From: Azolla caroliniana
Taxonomy: Eukaryota; Plantae; Polypodiophyta
NCBI GenBank assembly: GCA_043228905.1
Contig: JBHGNT010000013.1
Span: 6,696,001-6,760,000 of the forward strand
Direction of reading: 5' to 3'
Length of the DNA: 64,000 nt
The notes below the pieces were generated by a model. It searched no databases and was not told the origin of the DNA. It saw nothing but the letters and a program-made list of their open reading frames with translations. The translations under genes were made by a program, and so were the position numbers. This document shows positions 52,220-64,000 of the stretch, piece by piece; the first letter of the stretch is position 1, and every line of letters starts with the position of its first letter.

Positions 52220-55200
52220 TGTGCTTAAGTCTTGCTTACTTGTCCAACAAAGATACCCGTCATGTAGTTGGATCGCAGGACAAGTCGCCATGGCCAAACA
52301 TGAACTCAACATGGCAGAAAAGGAAATATATGACATGGAGTTTCATGGAAGCATGGCGCGATGGATTCGAGTAGGGGACAAAACCACGAAGGAATTCTTC
52401 CGCTCCAAAGGTACGAGGCACCCTAGAACAATGATGTGCAACCTCAACCGAGAGGATGGAACGACCATTGAGGATGGTGACGAAATGAGGAATATTGCCA
52501 CAAGTTACTATAACCGCCTACTTACCGAAGATACTATGGCTACAGGGGAAGACATAAGAGAAGATATTATCGTCAAAAGCATACCCGAGAAAGTCACGAC
52601 GGAAATGAATACATGGCTCATGCATCCCTATCAATCATCAAGATATGGGAGCCCCTCTCTGATTTGGATGCCGATAGTTGCCCCAAAATCAACAGCCTCA
52701 CCCCGCACTTTTTCACATGCCTTTGGGACACTATTAAAGAAGACCTCCTCCATGCATATGAGGAGATCATCACCTCTAGAAGCATGCCAGAGGAATTTGG
52801 ACATGGGATGATACATCTCATTCCTAAAAGTGGTGGGAGTGCCAACGACATTAGCAAGTGGCGGCCCATATCTCTTCTTAATATTGTCTATAAGTTGCTC
52901 ACAAAAATCGTGGCATGCCGTTTAACACCACTTCTCCCTCAACTCATTCATCCATCCCAAACAGGGTTCATAACAACCTCTTCTCATCTGGGAAGCAGTA
53001 GCCCTTGCCAAGGTATGACAACAAGGTAGCGGTGGTGCTACTAGATTTTGAGAAAGCATATGATAGGGTATGTTGGAACTTTCTAGAAAGTGTGATGGGG
53101 AAACTCGGCTTTCAAGAGACATGAATCAAAGGCATTGCAGGACTTTATAGGAACGACAACAGTTGCGTTTCACTGGCAGGTGAAAGGGGCCCCTTTTTCC
53201 GAATATCCCGATTTGTACGACAGAGATGCCCATTAGCTCCATCCTTATTTCTATTATACGCCAAAGCACTCTCTTGCTTTCTCAACTCGCGGCATCTCAA
53301 CCTACGTGGTCTTCCCGTACCTCATTCTCACCAAAGCATCATGGATATAGAATTTGCAGATGACACAATGGTCTACCTGCAAGGGGACTTGGAAACCCTC
53401 AAAAAGCTAGAAAGTGGGTTAGCCGTATTTTGCAAGAGATCCAATGCCATGATCAATTGGCACAAATCCTGCGCAATATGGCTTTCTCATGAAACACATC
53501 CGGCGTGGCACCCACATCCCGCTTTCAAATGGATCAATCAAGGAGTGTGCACCAAATATTTGGGTTTCCAAATTGGTTTCAACATACCGTCGGAGACTAT
53601 GATTGCACCCGTTATCCATTCCATTCGACAAAAGTTGATACATTGGAGTTTGAAAAAACTATCGCTAGCGGGTCGCATCATAGTGGCAAACCAGGTACTA
53701 CTCGCAACAACATGGTACAATCTATCATGTTGGACAATCTCCAAGGAAAGTATACATAAGATTCAACAACTGGTCCACAACTACATTTGGTCTGGTAAGG
53801 AAGACCATGTAACTTGCACCAAGATGGCGTGGCCTATACTCACAACGCCTAAGTCAAGAGGGGGATTGGATCTTATTGATCCCCTTTCACAATCAAAAGC
53901 CTTACTTGCCAAATTTGTGGTGCAAGGACTCCAACCAGGAAATGACTGTTGGAAAATGCTACTCCGGTTACGTTTCGCTTACTTTAGGCCACGAAAAGGG
54001 GTCAAATGGGCCCCCCAAACGGGATGGATTCTAAACACGGATCTCAAACCTAGTTTCTCCCGTCAATTGGAGGATAGATTCAGTGCATCCATGTGGAAGG
54101 CATGGTGTGACATTAGACGAGGGCTCAAGTGCGATCAACTAAGTTCCAAACTTGCCTGGCCTAGTCAACGTATCCTATGGAACCCATGTATCAAGGATGA
54201 ATCTAATCAACTACTGGGATCACGTAAGGGGTTGTCATGGGGATACATTGCAGAGGGTTCAGGAAAAAGTATAGAATGTTGGCGACAGTTTATGCCATTA
54301 CCACTACAAGATCAAGCCAACATACTTCATGGAATCAGAGGCAGATGGACTATGAGATTGGAAATCATTAACACTCTATTGATTAGGGAAACTGTTACTC
54401 AAAGGACGACAATGGAGAAATGGATAGGCCACGAGGAGGAGGGATCTCTGATCCCGAGAGGTAGGGGAACACCAAACAGGATCGAAGGCTCTGAATTGCG
54501 AGACACTGAGACACCAACACAAAATAGCGCAATTCGAGTACTCGTGTATACTGATCATAAATGGATTGCAGATCCTGCTCCGATCAAAGTACAACCCGAT
54601 TGACACATATGTACTCATGAAAACACATGGCTACATAAGGCCAGTTGGGACCCTTTGCAATGGACATAGCGTGATCCTTACGCGGGGCAAGGAAGCAAAG
54701 CCATCCCTTTCTTCCAATTCACAACTAGATCGGGTTGCCACATTCTAGCTACTCAAACTGCCCAAGAGCCAGCTGCTGCGAAGGTCTGGCACACATTTCA
54801 AGTTCCTCCCACAATTATCACCAAGTTTTGGCAGAAAATCTGGAAACAACAACACGTGAGGCGAATTACCACGTTCCAATGGCTATTAATACATAAGTTC
54901 CTACCGATGGGAGCATGGCAACGTGGGAACCTTAGCTCTCCTAATTGTGTAGAGTACCCAAATGCAGTAGAATCAACACGACATGCTCTGTGGGACTGCC
55001 CAATGTCCCATTGAATATGGCAGGGGTTTGGCCGCTTGTTGCAATTATGCCAGGTGCAAGGTTCAATCAAGTGGGGAAATATATGTTGGCTATCATGGCA
55101 GATCCCAGTTGGCAGATATGAGCATCTGGAGGAGGGTATGACTTTGGTGATAAAAGCACAAGAGGTTTTTTTCTCCACCAGTGACAATGTCCACTCAACT

Positions 55201-55520
55201 CCTCTTAATGACAAATCTCAAGTTGTGTTAGAATTGGTCAGCCCAATAACTCTTTGGATTCTATGGAAACAACGGTGTAGACGAGTCTTCTCCAACCAAA
55301 CCGCGCATCCAACAAGGTTACTGCAAGAGATATGGAGTGAATTGTAGCCACTCTAAAGAGCCAATATGATGGCCTCAAGGGCGGCTTTGATGGAGTTGAA
55401 AGACAACGAATAGCCTTCATCCAACAATGGTCATCCTCTTCCTTTCTTGAGTTAGTGGGCATCCACATAAGATGGAACTATCGCATCCCTACAGGGATTT
55501 GTACATAATCGTCTCATTTG
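52220..55520 (+). mobile_element. 5'-truncated, degenerate L1/Tx1-type LINE ORF2
   Basis: GDKTTKEFF, KWRPISLLN, QTGF, LDFEKAYDRV, EFADD, KYLG, LSLAGRI, PKSRGGL, LWILWKQR. Several frameshifts; A-rich tract at about 55558-55578. Confidence 0.88.
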
Positions 55521-55901
55521 TAAAATTTTATAACTAATGGAAGGAGTTTTTTTTGGGAAAAAAAGAAAAAGAAAAAAGTATTGCTTACTTGTGTGTTCAA
55601 CCTTGTAGGAGGTTACTAAAGGCATCATCAATTGTGAGTTACTACAAATCAACATAATCAAGGAATGAATAAATTTCTTGGACATTATAAAGGATATACT
55701 AGAATTTAACTTTTTCTATTTGAGAAAGATCAATTGTATCCCTCAATCAAGTGCTCAAACTAAGTAAGTAATATGGAAATATCATAGCCATAAAATTCTA
55801 GTTTGATGGTACGGCATGTATTTATTTAAAAGACAATAGTTTATATGTAGTCGTCATGGTCTATCATATTTCACATCTAATTGGATTGATGCACCTTAGA
55901 G

Positions 55902-56376
55902 TGTCATACTCTAAATGTGTTAGATCTTATGTCTAACGTAAGCATATGATAAGGAAAATAGATAGATAGATAGAAAAGAGAGAGAGAGAGAGAGAGAAGG
56001 GTGTCGATCCACCCGACCACCCCCGTGCGAAGGGATCGAGACGGACTCGAGCCTCGATTGGCGTCCCATACCACCGCCATGGCGTCGAGTCGTACCTGGT
56101 GTTGGCGCGCTCGCAACAAGAGTTGACCCACCACAACGTCAGAGTCTCGATGTAGTCAAAAGATGATGAAATGAGGGTAGCTAGGCCTCATATTTATAGC
56201 GATACCCAAGGCCCCCAGGCAAGTTCACACTTGACCTAATGGGTTGTCTCAACCCCGAGGATTAAAAGTAATCATCCCCTTCTTTACACTCTCGTTTAAC
56301 CCTCACACTTATCCACGTGTATAGAATGCTACGGTAAATTCTCACCACGGGATATTATATGGTCATGCCCGTAACA
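55902..56376 (-). mobile_element. Possible solo LTR
   Basis: TGT...ACA-bounded segment, GC-richer than its flanks, with TATAAAT on minus (about 56195) and a CT tract downstream. No matching TSD found. Confidence 0.4.
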
Positions 56377-59300
56377 AAATGTGTCCCATTATTAAGTAAT
56401 CCTCAAGTTTATGATCGATCTCAGCTTCTATGTATTGACTGAATCAATGTGAAGGTATAGAAACTAGTGCAAGTTGCAACACACAAATGAGATCGAGATT
56501 ATCGTCAACATTAAATGTTGGCATTGTCCTAGATGGGAGTTCTCTAGAAAAAGCATCACAAAACTCTCAAAAGAGTACCAAACAATCTTTGGTCCTAAGG
56601 AATTAGAATGCATGAGGATATATGTACAAGAAAGATGTCAAAATAGATGGCTTGTAACATAATGAATAAAGTGTTATTAGAGACAAACAAGATTTATACT
56701 TAACTTAGTGATAAGTCTGTTCAAAGGAAGAAAATCATTCAATCTTAGTGAGGTTGACAAGATTGGAAAGTTACTTAGATGTTCAACATTAATCTCAAGA
56801 ATTCAAGATTGAACAAAGGTCTATAGACTTGACCTTTTGCTCTTAATGCTTTGGTTGGAGCTTGTGGCATTAATAACTTGTGTGATCCTTCTTTTCTATA
56901 TTCACATGGATGATTAAGTCGTTTAGGGTCGTTTCAAGGAAATTATTAGGTGTCTTATGTTTCCCAACGAGTTGTGTTGATTAGCCACATAAACCCAAGG
57001 TTGTTACGGTCCTTCCTTGAAGTATATTTATAATGAAGTAAAATCTCAACTTCATCTTCAAGTTTTTCAAGATCCTTATTGTGCATAAGGCAACTATAGT
57101 CCAAGTTTGAATGGAATATAGTAACAATAAGGTACTCATCATAAGATTAGGGAAAGCTATGGAAAACCTATCTCATCATAAGTTATAGTTACACATATAA
57201 CATGATAAGTTGCTACGCGATTGGCAACATCACTCTACAATGGCAAAAGGCCAATCATGCTTCAACACCTAAACCATAGACTCTCAACTCCATGCAACTG
57301 AGGAAGAGTTTCTAAATTCTTAAGATTAACTAGGGTTAATATACACCTAATTCATTCATAGGAAACAATTACAAGGGCTATGTTTGGTGTATATAGATTA
57401 TCAACTATAATTGTGAATGATGGGTTCTTTTTAATTGTTGTACTGGTAGAATCTTGGGGGACACAAAAAATACAAATCTTTAAGTTGCAAAAAGGTAAAG
57501 TCTCTAGGGTTCATCATTAAGATCCAATTACATTGAAGTACTTAGGGAATCATGATGGGCTCACAATTATCCAACACCCAAGGCATGGATCATCCCTAGG
57601 ATATGTAACAAACATAATGGAATTGTTCAATAATACTAGTATTCTACATGAAATTTGGAACAAGTTGCCCAAATTCTTGTTGATTTGAATATTCTATATA
57701 TCACAATGGTTTGTTGTGTAATTGTTTCTAGCATATCGATTTTTCGAAGGAAAAAAATTTAATCCTTGAATTGAGAGGTGAATTTATGAAGTCAAGTTGT
57801 TGGTGTTATTGTTCTCAAATGAATAACATGACATTGTTTTTATAATGAATGTAACGTCATATTATTCTTGCTTCTTCCAATATACAATCCTTAAATCATA
57901 CTATGAGCGTTTCTTTTGGGACTACTATCACAAGCATTCTACCATTCTATTTTTTATAATAACAAAAGTATTTCATTTCGGATTACTATCCTAATCATCA
58001 CACTACTCAATGTTCTAATGTTTGAATATGGTTCAAATAACAATTATTCTTTCATCATATTGTCTTGAGGTTCATGCAACTTAACTCTACAACCTCAAAG
58101 TTAAAAGACTACGAGCTTTACGACTACATACATAATGTTTTCACATATAATCTTAACTCTAAGCAATCATTTTGTGCAAAAGTCTATTTTGATGTGGCAT
58201 GCCATCATATCCTTTCAAATTGTGATTGATCACAAAATGTCTTATTTTGCCCACAATGGCATGCCATAAAAGCTTGTACCATGTACATTTTGCCAATGGT
58301 TGGCCATGCTTCTCTTGGTTTACTCATGGAAGATATGTGATCACCATTATCAAACTTGAAATTTGGTCTGCAAAATTATGTCATTGTTATGAGGTAGAAT
58401 CTAATAAAGATTGAAAAGGTATACGTTATTTTTGACAAATCATTGGCAATAATTGTTTCTATAATGCACTATTCATTGAACACCCATGATGATATGAAGA
58501 ACGGCCATAAAAAAACACCACAATTGGTGGGCTCATGGTCAATCCTCATTCACTATTCGATGCAAGGTAATGACAAGCATGCTAAATGAATGTTTCATCA
58601 CATCTACAAACTCAAATTGAAAGGCATGTCAAATTAACCTTGGGCTTGAACAAGATCCATGATTTGTTTCACAATAGGGGGATCTAAACGTAATCATTCC
58701 ACCCTTACCCCTAATACATAAGTTATTCTAGAGTTTTTCATAAAGCCGGTAGTTTCACCTTGGAAAAAGTTGATATATTTTACTTGCAATTTGGAGGTCT
58801 TCCTTTCATTAAATGATGTGTGAATTTGGTTAACATGATTGGGTTCATGTCCTCAATTCCATAACTCCTAATAAAAAGACATCTCACTTTACTCTCGGTT
58901 TACCTAATGATTGTTCCGTTGCATAACAATGGCTGACTCATTTCAAACAAATTTGATATATTACTTGAAATTATGCTTTCTAAATTAAGTACTCATTGTT
59001 AGTCTATTAATTAACCATGTTTGTCATGTGGAAAAGCTTGGGATGTTAACTTACATGGAGGTGTGACGCTACGCCCGAGTTTCAATATATTTGAATACGA
59101 GTTCAATGTCCCAAGTCAAAGATTTAGTATTAGTTGTGTGCATATAAAGTACGATAGGTTTATATAGATGCCATCATGCCTACTTATGATCATCAAAGTT
59201 CATATATCGATGCCACCAAATATGGATTTATATAGGAATTGGACACGTCTTGAAAGCAAGTGATGAGACATGAAGGTTGATGCTAACTTGCTATCATCCA

Positions 59301-62300
59301 AAAGTTGTTGATAATTAACTATCCTCTCCTTGACACAATTGTTAATACTTTGGCCAAATAAGTATATCACATTCAAAGACGATCACTGAATGGACATGCA
59401 TCTAATCTTGATCCATGTCTTTAAGAAAAAATACATTTACATTCAAAATAATCATGGGACAAATATCTACCTCATTCTTTAAGAGATATGGACCAAAGCA
59501 ACATTTCCAAATTCCCATGATCTTTTTGAAGTACTTTTGCACCTAATGTATACCTTCACCCTCAACTTTTCGATTTCTTTCTTCACATTTTATGCATATG
59601 CAAGTTATGGATGTTTATGTAAGTTGTTGACAAGCATGATAAGACATAACAAATAAAAAGTTGTAGTGATTGTTTGGGTGACTCGTGAGATATATAATGA
59701 GTATTAATTTGACAGTATTATGTGACAATTTTCAAGCTACAAAGATTTTAAACAATTATAATTGTTATTAATAAAATATATGAGATATTGGTGGAACATG
59801 TAATTTTCTGTTTTTACTTTGAACACTGGGTGCATCCCCTCTCCTAGTTGAAGCATGCCCACCTCTCTTGTTTTAGGTTTGGTTCACAATATATGCTTTT
59901 TATGGGTGATGTTATCTAGCATAAATGATGTGTAATGTTGATGGAACATGCAATTCCCTACCTCCAGCTTTAGTTGTGAGACATGCGTCTCTACTTCTAT
60001 TTCGATATCATACTTCCCTCCATCTAAATTCGTAAAGCAACATATTAATATAAAATGGAATATGTTGAAAGAACCCCTTATATATTAGTTTCCCCCATCT
60101 ACTGATATCTATATATACCCATGGATTGTGAGGGTGAGTGAAACAATATGCATCAAACCATTGAATTACAATAACCAATAATGTAATTTATTCTAATCAA
60201 TTATTAAAATAAAGTTATTCTTCCCATATCCATATTTTCTTGTGCAAAAATTCAATGTGTTATCTATATCATAAAACAAATAAAAAAACAAGATTTTATA
60301 CAAACATTACTAGAAGTAGAAGTAGAAAGTGTTCCATGTATATTCTCCATTATTTACGAAGCATTTCACCTCTCTCATGTTTATTAAGTAAAGATGATGA
60401 CAATCAAGTATTCAATAATAGGTCAATGGTTGTAGTTTGTCTTGTAGTGCAATTGTATCATTTTGTGTGGTATCTTGTGAATATGTCTACATTTTATTAT
60501 ATCCTTATGCATACATTGAGTTATAATGACCATCAAATGTACATATGTATATATCAATCTCAATGGATTTTGTTCATATGATTACTATTATTTATGTTTT
60601 TACACATGCATCTAGTATATTAGTATGTAATCCGATAGAAGTAGCCTAATGCTTCACGTGTGCCATCTTCAAATTAGTTCACATTAAAATGCATGAACCT
60701 CATCTATCTTAGAGGATAATTACAATGTTTAAAATCCGTGATTGTGTGATTGCAAACTACTCGTTTTTAGGGGTATTATGTAGGTCTACTTAAAAGAAAG
60801 ATCACATGTGAGCAATAGTTAATGTTCTCATAATATTGGAGAGAAAATGGGTGCTTAAAAACATGGCTTATTGTACAATCAAAATACCAAGATGAAAATG
60901 AAAGATTTATTGGTAATTGCACCCCATTAGGCATGAGCAACATAATGAGAAATAGTAAGGCACATCAATGAATCATCTATATGTTCCTATATAATTAATA
61001 TGACCGTACCCAATGAGGTGGTTTTTCTATCTTATAGAGATCATTGTACTTATCGATTAAATGCTTTCAAATCATGAGGATCCTTTGATGGTTTGATATG
61101 CAACCACTACAATGTCACGTTTGGTATGTGCACATAGTGAAGTACATGATTAGTGAGTCGTCGTGAATTGATATGCATATCATGCTATAAATGGAGAGAC
61201 TTCATAGCCTATAGGTATGCCAACATGTTTTCATACAAGTAGAGAAGTAGAGATTTTAGTGCATGTGAATAGTAGAGACACAATTAAACTTGTCGAGATT
61301 TCAAATGGCCCTTAAATCATCGAATATATTATTTTCCTTACCTATGGAATCCAATTCAATGGCATATGCAAGTGCATTGTGTGTTTATTTTGATAGTAAA
61401 TAGTATATCACATCCCCTTATGTGTAAGTGATATGGAGTCTGGACAATAAATATAGCCATAAATAGATGAAAATTGACATTCCTCAAATATGTGCAGTAT
61501 CACATTAAAAGCAAGATTCACAAAAGAGGGTTTATAACTAGTTGAAACATATGTGACAACAATCCCATTTAATGAAGTAATTATGAGGATGCAACTCCCC
61601 AAAATATCAATGGGGTGAAGGCTAAACAAAAAAGTTGATAAAGAAAGGGTTTAAATTTAAGATGAGATATTGTCATGCAACAAGTTAACTTCTTTGTGAA
61701 ACAAATCCTTTGGATTTGGAGATTGGGTTCAATCTTTTAAGATAGAGTGGGAATTTGGAAATCATACTAAACTCCTTGCAAACCATTAAATCACCACTCA
61801 TAAACTCCTAACGATATGTGAAGCACAAACCTACATGTATGTGAAAATGTGAAATGAAGTAGTGAATTGTCATCAAATGATATGCATAATGATTATGGGT
61901 TGGGGGTGGAGCCACTCCCAAGGGGATGAGCGTGAGGGAGAGAGAGATAGAGATGGATGTTAGAGAGAGAGAGAAATTAAAGAGGAAACTTCTTGTATAT
62001 TTCATTCATGTCCCATATGGGGTTATATGGTCACATGAGGGTCATACATCAACAAGATATGTAGGGGTACATACCCCTCTAGCCATTCACACACACAACA
62101 CAACTTACTTGCACTCTTTCATACCTACACACATGCACACAAACATGCATGTGCTCATACACATACGAACATACTCACACTCAATCTTATGCACATGTGC
62201 ACATACACTTACAACCATAGAATGAACCATAAGTATCATACATGCATTCACATTCGAGAATGATTCAATCAAACGTGTATGGTAAATCATCTCAACGTTG

Positions 62301-62483
62301 GATTGGATTTATATGTTGGAAAAAATATAAAGAATGGTATTGATTGAATCACATGTCATCAAGTTTCAATACTTAGGAATTACATTAGTAGAAAACATCG
62401 CTACCTTTGACGTAGTTTTGATAGCAAGGTTTTTTTGTATTATCATGTTGTTTTAATATAAACATACATTTACGAAGAGAGAG

Positions 62484-62990
62484 AGAATTAGAATTAGAAT
62501 TTTTATCGTCCATAAAGAGGCCAATTTTGACCTCTGGGACTAGAGTATACATGTGTTCTTCTTGATATATGTCTCCTTCCTAAGAAGGGGTATTCATATG
62601 TTGAAGCACAAAGTCTCTATGTGTTAATAAAGCATACACATATGAGCTCAACCTTCTAGGTGGTGTCTTAAGTATGGATCTTAAGTTATCACTCCCTCTT
62701 AGTATGTCAACATATCTTGAACGAATTGCACTATATGTCGAGCATGTGAAGAGAAAGTGACATTCATCCTCTACAATGCCTTCATTGCATACTTTACATG
62801 TCTTCAAATTCGTTACATTTTGATACCATGATGCAACTTCAATACCTAACTTGTGAGATCGAGTGCGAAGTAGTGTAAGGGCTCTACGAGCATTGCTACT
62901 CATATTGGTAACGAGATAAGGTTGGATACGATCAATAGACATTCTTGCTTTATATTGAGACCAACATTCAGGGTTGACATTTGCAATGTA
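62484..62990 (-). mobile_element. RTEX-like LINE 3' fragment
   Basis: LRTRSHKLGIEVASW...CKVC..EDECHFLFTC, a 3' hairpin and a (TTCTAA)n tail next to (GA)n. Confidence 0.8.
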
Positions 62991-63406
62991 GTATTCTAGC
63001 TTTGTCCTCTTAGCATCCTCCCACTGACGGGAACTAAAACGCTCCTTTTACACGACGCTCGGCCACAACCGAGCTTAGAATCATACACAAAAAACGGGAA
63101 ATAATGAACGACACGAAGAAGAGACGAGTACGCAGGATGTTTACGTGGAAAACCCAAACTAAGGGGAAAAACCACGGCAGCCCACAAGCTGCAAACTATC
63201 ACTATGTTAAAATGTACAACAGTGAGTTCACGAAGGCAACGACCTCGTGCTCACGATCCTCGCCACAGGCGGCGGTTACAACAGAGGCAACAACCTCTTT
63301 CTCTCTGTTACTCTGTACACAGTTACACGCTCTCTCTCTCCTTGCACCAACAAGAATGACAACAGCTCTATCTAAAAGTTTGCCCTAAGTCATATTTATA
63401 CTAATA

Positions 63407-63447
63407 TAGGGTTTAGGGTTTAGGGTTTAGGGTTTAGGGTTTAGGGT
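63407..63447. repeat. Interstitial telomeric array (TTTAGGG)5+
   Basis: Perfect Arabidopsis-type repeats flanked by a 19 bp direct repeat. Confidence 0.95.
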
Positions 63448-63546
63448 CATATTTATACTAATATGACTTTTTTTCTATTTACAAATATAGCCTCGATGGA
63501 CTCTCAGAAACATATTTACGAATATGTCTCTTCATCCGGTGAGCAT

Positions 63547-63870
63547 TCCTCACCGGGTCTGCACCATCCGGCTCTCCATAGCCAGGTACTCCTCATCCGG
63601 TTCTCACCGGGTCTGCACCATCCGGCTCTCCGTAGCCGGGTACTCCTCATCCGGTTCTCACCGGGTCTGCACCATCCGGCTCTCCGTAGCCGGGTACTCC
63701 TCATCCGGTTCTCACCGGGTCTGCACCATCCGGCTCTCCGTAGCCGGGTACTCCTCATCCGGTTCTCACCGGGTCTGCACCATCCGGCTCTCCGTAGCCG
63801 GGTACTCCTCATCCGGTTCTCACCGAGTCTGCACCATCCGGCTCTCCGAAGCCGGGTACTCCTCATCTGG
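63547..63870. repeat. 54 bp minisatellite, 6 copies
   Basis: TTCTCACCGGGTCTGCACCATCCGGCTCTCCGTAGCCGGGTACTCCTCATCCGG, near-identical copies. Confidence 0.95.
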
Positions 63871-64000
63871 TTTCGGCCTCGGCCGAGTTTGTTCATCAGC
63901 ACTGTTCTTCTCCCTTCCCATCCGGAGGAACCTGTCTCCCAACAAAATCCCCCTTCACTCCGTCATGGGGTGTCTTACTAGTCCGATCCTCTTCCGGCAT

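Larger units (their letters stand above)
63025..64000 (-). mobile_element. Copia-type LTR (boundaries approximate; probably continues past the window)
   Basis: GTTTACGTGGAAAACCC...GGGAAAAACCACG matches the motif in the Copia LTR at 7640-7676. TATA box on minus at about 63395. Confidence 0.6.

Noticed and set aside
56400-62300. Possible highly decayed Helitron or other TE
   Set aside because: AT-rich with no ORF or motif I could translate convincingly.
63463-63981. 172 and 128 aa repeat-protein ORFs
   Set aside because: By-products of the 54 bp minisatellite.

Overview
Eukaryotic, repeat-rich plant DNA. A non-seed plant, probably a fern, is inferred from the TE families and not proven. The only host gene is a six-exon, minus-strand Pumilio/PUF gene (38575-47027, about 868 aa) that carries a CCCH zinc finger. 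The rest is mostly retroelements. 1-4776 is a young non-autonomous LTR element with a tRNA-Trp PBS, inserted in a decayed Copia (4777-8313). About 8.8-14 kb is DNA-transposon-derived and marked by palindromic TAGCTAATTAGCTA arrays. 15010-35629 is a nested stack: a Copia (TSD GGAAC) contains a chromovirus, whose LTR contains an RTEX-like LINE, and it also contains an intact Ale-type Copia with identical LTRs (TSD AATTC). A decayed L1-type LINE lies at 52.2-55.5 kb, followed by a second RTEX-like 3' fragment and a final LTR with an inserted telomeric array. The best leads are a possible horizontal transfer of the Ale element, a chromovirus with a tRNA-like LTR module and no tRNA PBS, RTEX-like LINEs sharing a 3' hairpin and (GA)n sites, and telomeric filler at duplication junctions. 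Family assignments rest on motif recognition only; no database searches were run.
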